Source: a candidate division WOR-3 bacterium (GTDB taxonomy: Bacteria; Hydrothermota; 32-111). Taken from it: 64,000 nt of DNA. Below the pieces are notes generated by a model. It saw only the letters and a program-made list of their open reading frames with translations, had not been told where the DNA came from and made no database searches. Both the position numbers and the translations under genes were made by a program. The stretch's first letter is position 1; each line of letters begins with the position of its first letter. This document shows, piece by piece, positions 8,548-19,911 of this stretch. The stretch covers positions 640,001-704,000 of the forward strand of contig JBBFKX010000001.1 in NCBI GenBank assembly GCA_037481815.1. The letters run 5' to 3'.

Positions 8548-10128
8548 ATGAACATGAATTTACTTTTTACAATAATTGGAACATTACTTATCATAATCCT
8601 TGGATTTGTGGGTTATGTTCTCGGTTATTATCTTGGGAAAAAGGCAATTGAAAACAGGTTGAAAAGTGCTGAAGAAAAAGCTGTTAAAATCGTTGAGGAA
8701 GCAAAAAGAGAAGCGGAAGCACAAAAAAGGTTATCACTAATAGAAGCAAAAGAAGAGATAGCGAAGAAGAATGAGCAATTTGAAAAGATCGTAAGGGACA
8801 AAAAAAATGAGATCAGAAGAGCTGAACAATCTATAGAGGACAGAGAAAAAAATCTTGAAAGAAAGAATGAAATGTTGACCAAAAAGGAAACAAACCTCTT
8901 ACAGAGGGAAAGAGAGTTGCTGCTAAAAGAAAAAACAATAAAAGCAAAAAATGATCGATTGACAAAACTTATCGAAGAGGAAAATCTCAAACTCGAACAG
9001 ATCGCACAGATGTCAAAAGAAGAAGCGATAAAAATTCTGATGCAAAATCTTGAAACGGAAGCAAAACTTCAGGCAGCCAACATGATAAAACAGATCAAAG
9101 AGGATGCTTTGCAAAAAGCACACAAAGAAGCGAAAGAGATCATTACACTCGCTATTCAGAGATCAGCAACAGACCATGTTGTTGAATCAACTGTAAGTGT
9201 AGTTTCACTTCCAAACGAAGAGATGAAAGGAAGAATAATCGGAAGAGAAGGAAGAAATATAAGAACTTTTGAAAACGCAACCGGAGTTGAAGTCATAATA
9301 GATGATACACCTGATGCTGTTACGATTTCAGGGTTTGACCCTGTCAGAAGAGAAATAGCAAGATTGTCTTTGATCAAGTTGATCTCTGATGGAAGGATTC
9401 ACCCAACAAGGATAGAAGAGATCGTGAAAAAGACAACAGAAGAGATGGAAGAAAATATAAGAAATATAGGAGAGGAAACTCTCGCTGAACTGAACATTTC
9501 AAACATACACCCTGAAATGATCAAACTTATCGGAAGGTTGAAATACAGAACAAGTTATGGACAGAACATTTTACAACATTCAAAAGAGGTTGCATACCTT
9601 GCACAGATGATGGCTGATGAACTTGAAATCGAAAACAGTTTTCTTGCAAAGAGAGCAGGACTCTTACACGATATCGGGAAATCTGTAGACCAGAATTTTG
9701 AAGGAACACACACGAAAATCGGTGTTGAACTCGCGAAAAAATATGGTGAGGACCCAATCGTGATAAACGCTATCGAAAGTCACCATGGAGATGTTGAACC
9801 AACAAGTTTGATATCAATACTTGTTGCCGCTGCTGATGCGATTTCAGGTGCAAGACCCGGAGCAAGGAGAGAAACTCTCGAAGCGTACATCGAAAGACTC
9901 GAGAAACTTGAAGAGATAGCGAACGGATTCAACGGTGTGGAAAAAGCGTACGCTATTCAGGCCGGAAGAGAGGTCAGAGTCATAGTGATACCAGAACAGA
10001 TTTCAGATGCTGAATCTGAAGAACTCTCACATCAGATCGCAAGAAAGATTGAACAGGAATTGAAATATCCAGGACAGATTAAAGTTACAGTTATAAGGGA
10101 AACCAGATCGATAGATTATGCAAAATAG
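8548..10128 (+). CDS. rny: ribonuclease Y
   Basis: N-terminal TM, coiled coil, KH ([13 protein letters not shown]), HD (LLHDIGK). Confidence 0.97.
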   Translation: MNMNLLFTIIGTLLIIILGFVGYVLGYYLGKKAIENRLKSAEEKAVKIVEEAKREAEAQKRLSLIEAKEEIAKKNEQFEKIVRDKKNEIRRAEQSIEDREKNLERKNEMLTKKETNLLQRERELLLKEKTIKAKNDRLTKLIEEENLKLEQIAQMSKEEAIKILMQNLETEAKLQAANMIKQIKEDALQKAHKEAKEIITLAIQRSATDHVVESTVSVVSLPNEEMKGRIIGREGRNIRTFENATGVEVIIDDTPDAVTISGFDPVRREIARLSLIKLISDGRIHPTRIEEIVKKTTEEMEENIRNIGEETLAELNISNIHPEMIKLIGRLKYRTSYGQNILQHSKEVAYLAQMMADELEIENSFLAKRAGLLHDIGKSVDQNFEGTHTKIGVELAKKYGEDPIVINAIESHHGDVEPTSLISILVAAADAISGARPGARRETLEAYIERLEKLEEIANGFNGVEKAYAIQAGREVRVIVIPEQISDAESEELSHQIARKIEQELKYPGQIKVTVIRETRSIDYAK

Positions 10129-10903
10129 TTTAAAAGTGATTTTTATCGGTGATATAATAGGTAAAGCAGGCAGGAACGCTTTACAGAAAGGTATTTTGGA
10201 TTTAAAAGATTTTTATTTCCCTGATTTCATGATTGCAAACGGAGAAAACCTCGCTGGTGGTTTTGGGATCACAAAAAAAACAACAGATTTCATTTTCTCA
10301 CTTGGTATAAACTGTATCACAAGTGGCAACCATATCTGGGATAACAAAGAGTACGTTGAACTTTTAAGTGACGAAAGGATTTTAAGACCTTTGAACTACC
10401 ATAAAGATCTTCCTGGAAAAGGAACAAAAGTTTTTATGGTCAAAGGTATAGAGTTAGAGGTTATAAACCTTTGTGGTCGAGTGTTTATGCAACCACTTGA
10501 CTGTCCTTTCAAAACCATAGATGAACATCTAAAAGATAAGAAAGAGATGATAAGGATAGTTGATTTCCATGCAGAAGCAACTGCTGAAAAACAATCTTTT
10601 GGGTTCTATCTTGATGGAAAAGTTTCCGCTGTGATCGGAACACATACACACTGTCAAACAGCCGACGAAAGGATACTTGAGAATGGTACAGGTTTTATCA
10701 CGGATGTTGGTATGACAGGTAGTTTTGATTCTGTTATAGGATTTGAAAAGGAAGGTGCTTTAAAAAGAACGATATACCAGATACCACAGAGATTCGAGGT
10801 CGCTAAAAAGAATCTTGTGATTAACGGGTTGTTTCTGGAAATCGGAGTTTCAGATTTTAAAACTTTAAAAATTGAGAGGATTTTTAAATATGTATCAGAT
10901 TGA
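10118..10903 (+). CDS. ymdB: YmdB/TIGR00282 metallophosphoesterase
   Basis: FIGDIIG, NGEN, GNH, DFHAEAT, GTHTH, TDVGMTG. Confidence 0.93.
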   Translation: MQNSLKVIFIGDIIGKAGRNALQKGILDLKDFYFPDFMIANGENLAGGFGITKKTTDFIFSLGINCITSGNHIWDNKEYVELLSDERILRPLNYHKDLPGKGTKVFMVKGIELEVINLCGRVFMQPLDCPFKTIDEHLKDKKEMIRIVDFHAEATAEKQSFGFYLDGKVSAVIGTHTHCQTADERILENGTGFITDVGMTGSFDSVIGFEKEGALKRTIYQIPQRFEVAKKNLVINGLFLEIGVSDFKTLKIERIFKYVSD

Positions 10904-11723
10904 TGGAAAAAAGATATCAAACAAAATGATGGAGGACTCAAGAGAAAAATTTGAAAAATACAGACCAAAACTCGCTGTTGTTTTTATCGGAAACTCCCCT
11001 TCAACAATTTCTTATATAAAATCAAAATCAAAGATCGCTCAGAACTATTCAATAGATATAGAACAATTTAACTACGATGAGAATATAGCAGAGGAAATTT
11101 TTTTGAATGAACTCAATAGGATATCGAACAGAAAAGATATCGACGGTATAATAGTTGAAAAACCTTTACCTGAACATATAGACATAAAAAAAGTTTCTCA
11201 GGTTGTAGATTTTAAAAAGGATGTTGATTGTATAAATCTTATAAATTATGGTAAACTTATAACCGATGACTTTATCATCGCACCTTCAACTCCGATGGCT
11301 GTGTTAAACATTTTAAAACATGAGAACATAGATTTCGCTGGAAAGAATGTTTCAATAATAGGCAGATCAGAAATCGTTGGAAAACCTCTTGCCCTTCTTT
11401 TCTTATCTAAAAAGTTTGGAGGAGCAACCGTCACAGTTTTACATTCAAAATCAAAAGATATAAAAGAACACACCAAAAGATCCGACATCATAGTTGCTGC
11501 TTTAGGAAAACCATATTTTTTAACAAAAGATTACATTCAAAATGATCAAGTGATACTTATAGATGTTGGAATAAACAACTTTGAAGGGAAAATCGTCGGG
11601 GACATATCACCTGAAACATATCCTCTCGTTAAAGCGTACACCCCTGTACCAGGTGGAGTTGGACCCGTAACAGTTTCCACTCTCTTTAACAATCTTTTGA
11701 TTTTGAAAGAGCATTATGGATGA
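10890..11723 (+). CDS. folD: methylenetetrahydrofolate dehydrogenase/cyclohydrolase
   Basis: YxxxK, KDVD, GRSEIVGKP, IDVGIN, TPVPGGVGP; start moved to ATG 10890. Confidence 0.94.
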   Translation: MYQIDGKKISNKMMEDSREKFEKYRPKLAVVFIGNSPSTISYIKSKSKIAQNYSIDIEQFNYDENIAEEIFLNELNRISNRKDIDGIIVEKPLPEHIDIKKVSQVVDFKKDVDCINLINYGKLITDDFIIAPSTPMAVLNILKHENIDFAGKNVSIIGRSEIVGKPLALLFLSKKFGGATVTVLHSKSKDIKEHTKRSDIIVAALGKPYFLTKDYIQNDQVILIDVGINNFEGKIVGDISPETYPLVKAYTPVPGGVGPVTVSTLFNNLLILKEHYG

Positions 11724-13050
11724 AAAAGTTTTTACTGTAACCGAGATTACAAATATACTCAAAGAAACGATTTCAAAAAAATTCCCCTCACTTTTTAATA
11801 TTACAGGTGAAATTACAAACTGGAATCCGAGTAGTTCCGGACATATCTATTTTTCACTTAAAGATGAATTCTCTTTGATCAAAAGTGTTATATGGAGATC
11901 AACGAATATAAAAAAAGATTTTAAAGATGGTGACAAAGTCATAGCAACAGGATACCTGACAATATATGAGAAACAGGGAACGTATCAGATTATAGTTGTT
12001 GACATGAAGATTTCCGGTGTCGGGGAACTTTATGAAAAATTTTTGAAACTTAAAGAAAAACTGGAAAAAGAAGGTCTGTTTGATAAAGAAAGAAAGAAAA
12101 GATTACCTGAATATCCTTTATCCGTAGGTATAATAACATCGGAAACAGGTTCAGTAATACATGATATTTTGAATATATTAAACAGAAGAGCTCCATATTT
12201 AAAAAAATATCTCTACCCTGCACTCGTTCAGGGAGAAGGGAGTGAAAAAACCATTATTAAAGGGTTACAATATTTCAACAGAGAGAAAAATGTTGATCTT
12301 ATAATTATCGCCCGGGGAGGAGGATCTTTTGAGGATCTTTTCATATTCAACGATGAAACTCTTGCACGGGAGATAGCAAGATCAAAAATACCTGTTGTTT
12401 CAGCGGTCGGGCATGAAACTGATTTCACCATTTGCGATTTCGTTTCAGATCTCAGAGCCCCAACTCCATCAGCGGCAGCTGAGATAATAGTAAAGCATAT
12501 AGATGATATAACATCGTTTCTTTCAAGATCAAAAAATGATCTAAAAAAAGAATTAACCGATCGTTTGAAGAAAACAAAAAAAGATTTTTTAAACCTCAGA
12601 CAGAACTTCTTCATATCAGCACAGGTACCTTTGAACAAGAAAAAGGAAAGAATCGGTTTTTTACTTGAGGAGTTAGAAAACCTTCTGGAAGAAAAAATGA
12701 AAATGATCAAAAACAAAAAAGAGTTTTTAAAGAACGAAATCTTTAAAAATTCCCCTCTTGTAAAAATTCTTGAAAAAGAAAAATTTGTTGATATGATTAA
12801 AAATGAACTTGTTAACAGTTTGAGAATAAAGTTTGAGAAAGTAAAACAAAAAACAGAGATTTTGAAAACAAATCTGATAAATTTGAATCCAAAGGAGATT
12901 CTAAAAAGAGGGTTTTCTATCACTCTGAATGAAACCGGAGAAATTGTAAAATCAATAAAAAATCTAAATATCGATTCAAAAATAAATATAATCTTTATAG
13001 ATGGAAATGTTAACGCTGATGTCAAAAAAATTGAAGAGGAGAAATTATGA
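11716..13050 (+). CDS. xseA: exodeoxyribonuclease VII large subunit
   Basis: SGHIYFSLKD, RGGGSFEDL, VGHETD, APTPSAAAE. Confidence 0.96.
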   Translation: MDEKVFTVTEITNILKETISKKFPSLFNITGEITNWNPSSSGHIYFSLKDEFSLIKSVIWRSTNIKKDFKDGDKVIATGYLTIYEKQGTYQIIVVDMKISGVGELYEKFLKLKEKLEKEGLFDKERKKRLPEYPLSVGIITSETGSVIHDILNILNRRAPYLKKYLYPALVQGEGSEKTIIKGLQYFNREKNVDLIIIARGGGSFEDLFIFNDETLAREIARSKIPVVSAVGHETDFTICDFVSDLRAPTPSAAAEIIVKHIDDITSFLSRSKNDLKKELTDRLKKTKKDFLNLRQNFFISAQVPLNKKKERIGFLLEELENLLEEKMKMIKNKKEFLKNEIFKNSPLVKILEKEKFVDMIKNELVNSLRIKFEKVKQKTEILKTNLINLNPKEILKRGFSITLNETGEIVKSIKNLNIDSKINIIFIDGNVNADVKKIEEEKL

Positions 13051-13244
13051 AAGATGAAAAACTTGAGGATAAGATAAAAGAGATCGAAGAGATCGTAAAG
13101 AATCTCAAAGATGAAAATATAGATATTAAAAAATCCATAGAGATGTATGAGAAAGGAATAAAATTGATCAAAGAGGTTGAAGAACAGATAAAAGTTTTTG
13201 AAGAAAAAATAAAAAAAATAGTTGAAGAGAGTCAGGATGAATAA
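13047..13244 (+). CDS. xseB: exodeoxyribonuclease VII small subunit
   Basis: 65-aa helical protein with SIEMYEKGIKL; follows xseA. Confidence 0.9.
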   Translation: MKDEKLEDKIKEIEEIVKNLKDENIDIKKSIEMYEKGIKLIKEVEEQIKVFEEKIKKIVEESQDE

Positions 13245-14124
13245 TTTTGAAAAATATGTTCAAGAGAAAAAGAAATTCGTTGATGAAAATTTAAAAAAAT
13301 ATTTTCTGAAAAAAGGAAAATACTCAGAAAAACTTTATGAGGCGATGTATTACTCTATAGAAGCAGGTGGGAAACGGTTAAGACCACTGATTTTTTTGAG
13401 TGTTGCTGAAGAACTTACAGAAAAAAGAAAGATCAAAGATCTGTTGCCTGCTGCTTTATCTATAGAGATGATACACACATATTCTTTGATACATGATGAT
13501 CTTCCGGCAATGGATAACGATGATCTAAGACGAGGAAAACCGACCCTGCACAAAAAATATGATGAAACAGTTGCGATTCTTGCTGGTGATGCACTTTTCG
13601 CTTATGCTATAGAAGTTTTCCTAAAAACAAAAGCAGAAGAAAAAAATCTTGTTGAAGGTTTAAAACATCTGATCAGGGCTGCTGGAATGGATGGAATGGT
13701 TGTTGGACAATTCGTTGATACAAAGAATGAATTTTACAAACAGGATGAAAAAACTCTAAAATTTATCCATACTAAAAAAACAGCAGAACTTATAAAGGTC
13801 TCTTTTTCTTTACCACCGATACTTCTTGGATATGATAAAAAAATTGTTTCTGATTTTGAAAAATTAGGAATCCATTCAGGACTCCTGTTTCAAATAGTTG
13901 ATGATATACTCGATAGTACGACTCCATCAGAAATTCTTGGTAAAACAGCGGGAAAGGATGAAAAACAGAACAAATTGACCTATGTGAGTTTATACGGTCT
14001 TGAAAAAGCAAAAGAATACGCATCACAGGAAGCAAAAAAAGCTTTAAAGATTGCAAAAAAACTTGATCTTGAAAAAGGAAAGATAGATAAAATTATAGAA
14101 CTCTTTTTAACAAGGATCAACTGA
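13237..14124 (+). CDS. ispA: short-chain polyprenyl (FPP/GGPP) synthase
   Basis: GGKRLRP, HDDLPAMDNDDLRRGKPT, FQIVDDILD; start moved to ATG 13237. Confidence 0.94.
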   Translation: MNNFEKYVQEKKKFVDENLKKYFLKKGKYSEKLYEAMYYSIEAGGKRLRPLIFLSVAEELTEKRKIKDLLPAALSIEMIHTYSLIHDDLPAMDNDDLRRGKPTLHKKYDETVAILAGDALFAYAIEVFLKTKAEEKNLVEGLKHLIRAAGMDGMVVGQFVDTKNEFYKQDEKTLKFIHTKKTAELIKVSFSLPPILLGYDKKIVSDFEKLGIHSGLLFQIVDDILDSTTPSEILGKTAGKDEKQNKLTYVSLYGLEKAKEYASQEAKKALKIAKKLDLEKGKIDKIIELFLTRIN

Positions 14125-14549
14125 TGTTAACTTTAAAAATTCTTCTGGTAACCCTTTTAAGTGGAATCACCGCACAGGCGATCAAGGTCATAAGTTATTT
14201 TATTGAAAACAGAAAAATAAATTTTAAAAGGTTTTTTGAAACAGGTGGAATGCCGAGTTCACACTCTTCAACATCTTCAACTCTAACTACACTTGTCGGA
14301 TTTTACGGAGGATTCGATTCACTCTATTTTTCGATAGCAGCATTCTTTTCCTTTGTAATAATGTACGATGCTGCCGGACTCAGAAGAGCAGCAGGAAAAC
14401 AGGCAATGGTTCTGAACAAGATAGTTGAAGATTTTAAAATAGAACATAAATTCAAAGAAAAACGGTTGATGGAACTTTTAGGGCATACTCCACTTGAAGT
14501 TTTTTATGGTGCTTTGCTCGGTATACTTATTGCTATAATCTTTAAGTAA
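14124..14549 (+). CDS. divergent PAP2 family protein (DUF212)
   Basis: GGMPSSHS, MYDAAGLRRAAG, LGHTPLEV. Confidence 0.92.
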   Translation: MLTLKILLVTLLSGITAQAIKVISYFIENRKINFKRFFETGGMPSSHSSTSSTLTTLVGFYGGFDSLYFSIAAFFSFVIMYDAAGLRRAAGKQAMVLNKIVEDFKIEHKFKEKRLMELLGHTPLEVFYGALLGILIAIIFK

Positions 14550-14558
14550 GAGGGAAAT

Positions 14559-16448
14559 ATGGACGAAATTTTAAACAGGGTTAACAGTCCAGAGGATCTA
14601 AAAAAATTATCCATCGAAGAGTTGTATGAACTTGCAAGTGATATCAGATATTTTATCATCGAAAACACATCGAAAACTGGTGGACATCTTGCACCATCAC
14701 TCGGTGCAGTTGAACTTATAATAGCGTTACATTATGTTTTCGATTCTCCAAAAGATAAGATAATTTTTGATGTTGGGCATCAATCTTACGCTCATAAAAT
14801 TCTGACTGGAAGAAAAGATAGATTTTCTACATTACGAACATACAAAGGAATCAGTGGATTCAATAACATTTTTGAAAGTGAACATGATCATTTAACCGTG
14901 GGACATGCAGGAACATCACTCTCAGCAGCACTCGGAATGGCTGTTGCAAGGGATTTGAAACATGAAAATTTTGAGATAATAAATGTTATAGGTGATGGTT
15001 CGATGACGAATGGGCTTGTTTATGAAGCGTTGAACAACCTTGGAACTTTAAGAAACAAGATCATAATAGTTTTAAACGATAACAATATGTCGATATCCCA
15101 AAATGTTGGCGGGATATCACAATATTTGAATAAACTTCAAAGAACTCCCGTCTATACAAATCTGAAAAAGGATCTATGGCAACTCATGGGAAAACTCCCT
15201 GATGGTCTGAGCCAAAAAACAAGAGATATTGCAAGAAGGATGAAAGAATCTTTAAAAAACTTTTTTATCCCAACAATATTTTTTGAGGAGTTCGGAGTAA
15301 GATACATAGGTCCTCTTGATGGTCATAAACTTGAAGATCTCATCCCTACTTTCCAGTATGCAAAAAATTATCCCTTACCGATTCTGATACATGCGATCAC
15401 TCAGAAAGGTAGAGGTTATATTTTTGCTGAAAAGGACCCAACAAAATTTCATGGACTCGGGAAATTTGATAAAGAAACCGGTGTTTCAGAAAAAACATCC
15501 AACAGGTTGAAATACACTGATGTTTTTGGAAAGACGATAACAGAGTTTGCAAAAGAGAATGAGAAAATTATAGGGATAACAGCAGCGATGCCTGATGGAA
15601 CAGGGCTATCATACTTTCGTGATCAGATCCCTGAAAGATTCTTTGATGTTGGAATTGCGGAAGAACACGCTGTTTTATTCTCAGTCGGATTATCCTTACA
15701 GGGATATAAACCTGTTTGTGCTATCTATTCAACATTTTTACAGAGAGGTTATGACCAGTTGATACACGATGTATCTTTGATGAAAAGGAACATATTCTTT
15801 GTTCTTGACCGTGCCGGAATAGTTGGAGATGATGGTCCCACACATCATGGACTTTTTGACCTATCTTATCTGAGAACCGTTCCCGATATGGTAATAATGT
15901 CACCAAAAGATGAGGATGAACTAAGGAGTATGGTGAAACTTGGAATAGAATACAACGAAGGACCTATCGCTTTAAGATATCCAAGAGGTGAAGGTTACGG
16001 TTTAGATATAACCGGTCAGATCAAAGAGATTGAAATTGGTAAAGGAGAACTTTTGCTCGATGGAGAAAAAATCGTAATCGTCGCAATCGGTAGTATGGTT
16101 TACCCTTCAAAGAATGCGGCTTTAAAATGTAAAGAAAAATATGGATTCTATCCAACGCTCATAAATGCAAGGTTCGTCAGGCCATTTGATTCCGATCTTT
16201 TATTCTCAAAGATTAAAAACGATGAAGTCATCATAACAGTTGAGGAAAACGTTTTATCAGGTGGATTTGGAGAATATGTCAGAAGAATTTTAAGTGAGAA
16301 AAACTATAGAAACAAAATTGTTAACATTGGAATTAACGATAAGTTCGTTGAGATGGGATCAATTCAAATTTTAAAAGAGATCGAAGGACTCGATGAAAAT
16401 GGAATTTTTAAAAAGATCGAGGAGATAGTTGATGAAAAACATTCTTAA
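14559..16448 (+). CDS. dxs: 1-deoxy-D-xylulose-5-phosphate synthase
   Basis: GGHLAPSLG, DVGHQSY, GDGSMTNG, DVGIAEEHA, DGPTHHG. Confidence 0.97.
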   Translation: MDEILNRVNSPEDLKKLSIEELYELASDIRYFIIENTSKTGGHLAPSLGAVELIIALHYVFDSPKDKIIFDVGHQSYAHKILTGRKDRFSTLRTYKGISGFNNIFESEHDHLTVGHAGTSLSAALGMAVARDLKHENFEIINVIGDGSMTNGLVYEALNNLGTLRNKIIIVLNDNNMSISQNVGGISQYLNKLQRTPVYTNLKKDLWQLMGKLPDGLSQKTRDIARRMKESLKNFFIPTIFFEEFGVRYIGPLDGHKLEDLIPTFQYAKNYPLPILIHAITQKGRGYIFAEKDPTKFHGLGKFDKETGVSEKTSNRLKYTDVFGKTITEFAKENEKIIGITAAMPDGTGLSYFRDQIPERFFDVGIAEEHAVLFSVGLSLQGYKPVCAIYSTFLQRGYDQLIHDVSLMKRNIFFVLDRAGIVGDDGPTHHGLFDLSYLRTVPDMVIMSPKDEDELRSMVKLGIEYNEGPIALRYPRGEGYGLDITGQIKEIEIGKGELLLDGEKIVIVAIGSMVYPSKNAALKCKEKYGFYPTLINARFVRPFDSDLLFSKIKNDEVIITVEENVLSGGFGEYVRRILSEKNYRNKIVNIGINDKFVEMGSIQILKEIEGLDENGIFKKIEEIVDEKHS

Positions 16449-19400
16449 CATTTTTTTCCCAACATATACGCAGAAAAAATTAAAAGAGTATAAAACGATT
16501 GTTGAAAAAATAAATTCAGTTTATGAAAATTACCTGAAGGATAACTCCATCTCCCCTGTTAAAAAAACTGAGGAGTTCAGAAAAAGGATAGAATCTGGAG
16601 AGGAACTTTCATCTCTTCTTGTCGAAAGTTTTGCACTCGTCAAATATGTGATGAAAAAACTTTATGATGAGAAATACGAGTATCAGTATGAAGACATGAA
16701 ATTCGTATGGGACATGGTTCCATACGATGTACAACTTATGGGTTCTGTTGGACTCTTCGAAGGAAATATTATAGAGATGGCAACAGGAGAAGGAAAAACA
16801 CTCGTTGCAGTGATGCCTCTTTATCTACATTCTTTAAAAAAAGAGGGAGCATACCTTGTAACGGTAAACGATTATCTTGCAAAAAGGGACCGGGCATGGA
16901 TGTACCCTGTTTATGAAAGATTGGGTGTAAGTGTTGGACTGATCCAGATGGGAATGGATTCTCATGAAAGAAGAAAAAATTATAACTGTGATATAACCTA
17001 TGTTACAAACAATGAGTTCGGGTTTGATTATCTTAGAGACAACATGGCTTTCCAGAGATCAGATAAAGTTTTAAGAGAAAAATTTTACTATGCGATAATA
17101 GATGAGGTTGATTCCGTTCTTATAGATGAAGCGAGAACACCTCTCATAATCTCAGGTTTTCCGTTCGGTGACCCTTCAGAAAAAAGAACAGAACAACTTT
17201 ACAGATCTTTGAATCCCTTCGTGAATCAGTTTGTAAGAAGCCAGAAAGAGATCGTCAGAAAAATATTTGAAAAGGCAAAAAAGGATTATCAGGAGAAAAA
17301 TGAAGAGGAAGGTATCAAAGGTTTTTTAACCTGTAAAAGAGGGCTCCCAAAGATGAAGGAGTTGATCGAACTTATGCAGAATCCTGAAATCCTTACAAAA
17401 ATGGAAAGGATGGAGAATAACCTTTTAAGGGATAAACTCCTTTTCACACTCGATACGGAACTTCTTTATTCAATAGACGAAAAAAGTGGTGCTGTAACTA
17501 TAACGGATAAAGGTGAGGATTATTTTGAAAAAATCAGTCAGGATAAAGAATTCTTCAAAACACCTGAACTATCGATCGAGTTAAAAAGAATAGAAGAAGA
17601 TTTTGAAGATCCTGAGGAAAGGAGTAAAAAGAAAAATGAGGTGATGCAACAGTATGTTGTAAAAAGTGAGCAGATCCATGCTTTACATCAACTTTTAAAA
17701 GCTTACACACTTTTTGAAAAAGATGTTGAGTATATAGTTCAAAATGGAAAAATAGTTATAGTTGATGAACATACGGGAAGGTTGATGCCCGGAAGAAGAT
17801 TTTCAGAAGGGCTCCATTCTGCTATCGAAGCAAAAGAAGGTGTGAGGATCGAAGAGGAGACAAAAACTCTTGCAACCATAACTTTGCAAAACCTTTTTAG
17901 AATGTTTGAGAAACTCTCAGGAATGACTGGTACTGCAGAGACGGAATCTGAAGAGTTCATGCATATTTATAAATTGCCTGTAATAGTTATCCCAACAAAC
18001 AAAAAAGTTATCAGAAAGGATTATAACGACCTTGTGTTCATAAGAAAAGATGAAAAGATAAAATATGTTCTTGATCTTATCGTAAAACTTCATAACGCAG
18101 GTATTCCAGTTCTTGTTGGCACAGCATCCGTTCAATCGAGTGAATATCTGGATTCATTTCTAAAAACGAGAAAGGACTTAACCGGAAGACCTTTAAAATA
18201 CAACATTCTAAACGCAAGATACCATGAAAAGGAAGCGAAGATAGTCGCAGAGGCAGGATTACAGGGAGCGATCACAATAGCAACGAATATGGCTGGAAGA
18301 GGAACAGATATAAAACTTGGGAAAACTGTAAAAATGCTTCATGAGAGGAGTTGTCTGATTTGGGCACTAAAAATAAAAAATGAATTTAACAAAAACCCGA
18401 TAATAATATATGGTTCTCAAAAATCAAAAGAATTTTATGAAACACTTCTGAAGGATGACTGGTATTTAAAAGATAAATCATTATATTTCACCTTTAACAA
18501 AGATGACTCTGAAAAAATAATCATAACCGACGATCAAAGTTTTAAAAACGATAAAAATAGATTCATAATAGAAACAATCGATCCCGAAAATATTGAAGAA
18601 AGAAAAGTTTACATCGATTTTGATACTTCAGGTAACCCCATAACATCTTTTCCTGAAGGGCTATTTGTTCTTGGTACAGAAAAACATGAATCCAGAAGAA
18701 TCGATAGACAGTTAAGGGGAAGATCGGGAAGACAGGGTGATCCTGGTGCTTCAATGTTCACGGTTTCTCTTGAAGATGATCTCATGAGAATCTTTGGAAA
18801 TGAGAGAATGAGTGAAATGATAAAACGACTTGAAAGTATCTCTTCAAGGGATGTAAACATATCACACAAACTTTTAACATCATCGATAGAGAGTGCTCAA
18901 AAGAAAATAGAGTCACTCAACTTCGAAAGAAGAAAATATCTTTTACAATACGATGATGTTATAAACAAACAGAGAGAGGTCGTTTATCAGATAAGGAACT
19001 ATTTCCTTGAAAAAAAACCAACTGTTGAATTTCTCGACAAAGAACTTTTTCTCAAAACTTTGCTTGATTTCAAAGAACAATTTTCGAAAAACAATTCATC
19101 AGAATACAGAAAAAATCTTTTAAGAGAACTCTCGATTGTTTTCAACTGTGATCCTTTAAAAGATTTCAATTTCGAAAATTTTGATGAAACGATTTTCGAA
19201 AAAATTTATACGATGATTTATGAGCACTATGAGAAAAATTTCAACGAGGTGACCGGGTACATAAAGGAGAATGTTTTACAAACAGTGGAAGAGTTTTTAA
19301 ATTCAAATATCGAAGAAGGTAAAAGTTTTGAAGAATGGGATAATCAGAAAGTAAACGATTTTCTACTTAACAATTTCAAGATTTCAATGAAAATTAAAGA

Positions 19401-19911
19401 TGAAAACATAAAAAAATCTGAATTCGTTGAAAGAGTTAAAAGTGAAGTCGAAAAAATTTTTGATGAAAAATTTTCATTATTTTCGAAACGCGTTGACATC
19501 CTCCTTTTCAACATCTGCAACATCTTCATACATACTATCGATAACCTCTGGATAGAACAGTTGTATGAACTCGATGCGATAAAGGAAGGTATATCTTTAA
19601 GAGGTTATGCACAAAGAGATCCACTAATTGAATACAAAAGGGAAGCATACATTCTCTTCAACGATTTTATGGATAACCTTTTCAAACAGTTCTCTGAAAA
19701 ATTCCTTTCATCTTTTGAACAGATGGAAATAAAAAGGAAAGAGATCAAAAGAATGGAAACGATCAAAGAAACGATTTCCAGCATCTCAGATGAAGAGAAA
19801 GAGGTCAAAAGTAAACCTGTTGTAAATCAGACAAAAAAGATCGGTAGAAACGACCCATGTTTCTGTGGTTCCGGGAAAAAATACAAAAACTGTCATGGTA
19901 AAGGACTATGA
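16432..19911 (+). CDS. secA: preprotein translocase ATPase SecA (long form)
   Basis: MATGEGKT, DEVDSVLIDEARTPL, ATNMAGRGTDI, QLRGRSGRQGDPG, C-terminal GRNDPCFCGSGKKYKNCHG. Confidence 0.97.
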   Translation: MKNILNIFFPTYTQKKLKEYKTIVEKINSVYENYLKDNSISPVKKTEEFRKRIESGEELSSLLVESFALVKYVMKKLYDEKYEYQYEDMKFVWDMVPYDVQLMGSVGLFEGNIIEMATGEGKTLVAVMPLYLHSLKKEGAYLVTVNDYLAKRDRAWMYPVYERLGVSVGLIQMGMDSHERRKNYNCDITYVTNNEFGFDYLRDNMAFQRSDKVLREKFYYAIIDEVDSVLIDEARTPLIISGFPFGDPSEKRTEQLYRSLNPFVNQFVRSQKEIVRKIFEKAKKDYQEKNEEEGIKGFLTCKRGLPKMKELIELMQNPEILTKMERMENNLLRDKLLFTLDTELLYSIDEKSGAVTITDKGEDYFEKISQDKEFFKTPELSIELKRIEEDFEDPEERSKKKNEVMQQYVVKSEQIHALHQLLKAYTLFEKDVEYIVQNGKIVIVDEHTGRLMPGRRFSEGLHSAIEAKEGVRIEEETKTLATITLQNLFRMFEKLSGMTGTAETESEEFMHIYKLPVIVIPTNKKVIRKDYNDLVFIRKDEKIKYVLDLIVKLHNAGIPVLVGTASVQSSEYLDSFLKTRKDLTGRPLKYNILNARYHEKEAKIVAEAGLQGAITIATNMAGRGTDIKLGKTVKMLHERSCLIWALKIKNEFNKNPIIIYGSQKSKEFYETLLKDDWYLKDKSLYFTFNKDDSEKIIITDDQSFKNDKNRFIIETIDPENIEERKVYIDFDTSGNPITSFPEGLFVLGTEKHESRRIDRQLRGRSGRQGDPGASMFTVSLEDDLMRIFGNERMSEMIKRLESISSRDVNISHKLLTSSIESAQKKIESLNFERRKYLLQYDDVINKQREVVYQIRNYFLEKKPTVEFLDKELFLKTLLDFKEQFSKNNSSEYRKNLLRELSIVFNCDPLKDFNFENFDETIFEKIYTMIYEHYEKNFNEVTGYIKENVLQTVEEFLNSNIEEGKSFEEWDNQKVNDFLLNNFKISMKIKDENIKKSEFVERVKSEVEKIFDEKFSLFSKRVDILLFNICNIFIHTIDNLWIEQLYELDAIKEGISLRGYAQRDPLIEYKREAYILFNDFMDNLFKQFSEKFLSSFEQMEIKRKEIKRMETIKETISSISDEEKEVKSKPVVNQTKKIGRNDPCFCGSGKKYKNCHGKGL

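Noticed and set aside
12228..13025. 265-aa antisense ORF, and many similar F/S/I-rich antisense ORFs across the window
   Set aside because: Mirror frames of Lys/Glu-rich genes with no motifs or RBS
18322..18657. Intein in SecA
   Set aside because: No Cys/Ser start, no His-Asn end and no LAGLIDADG motif
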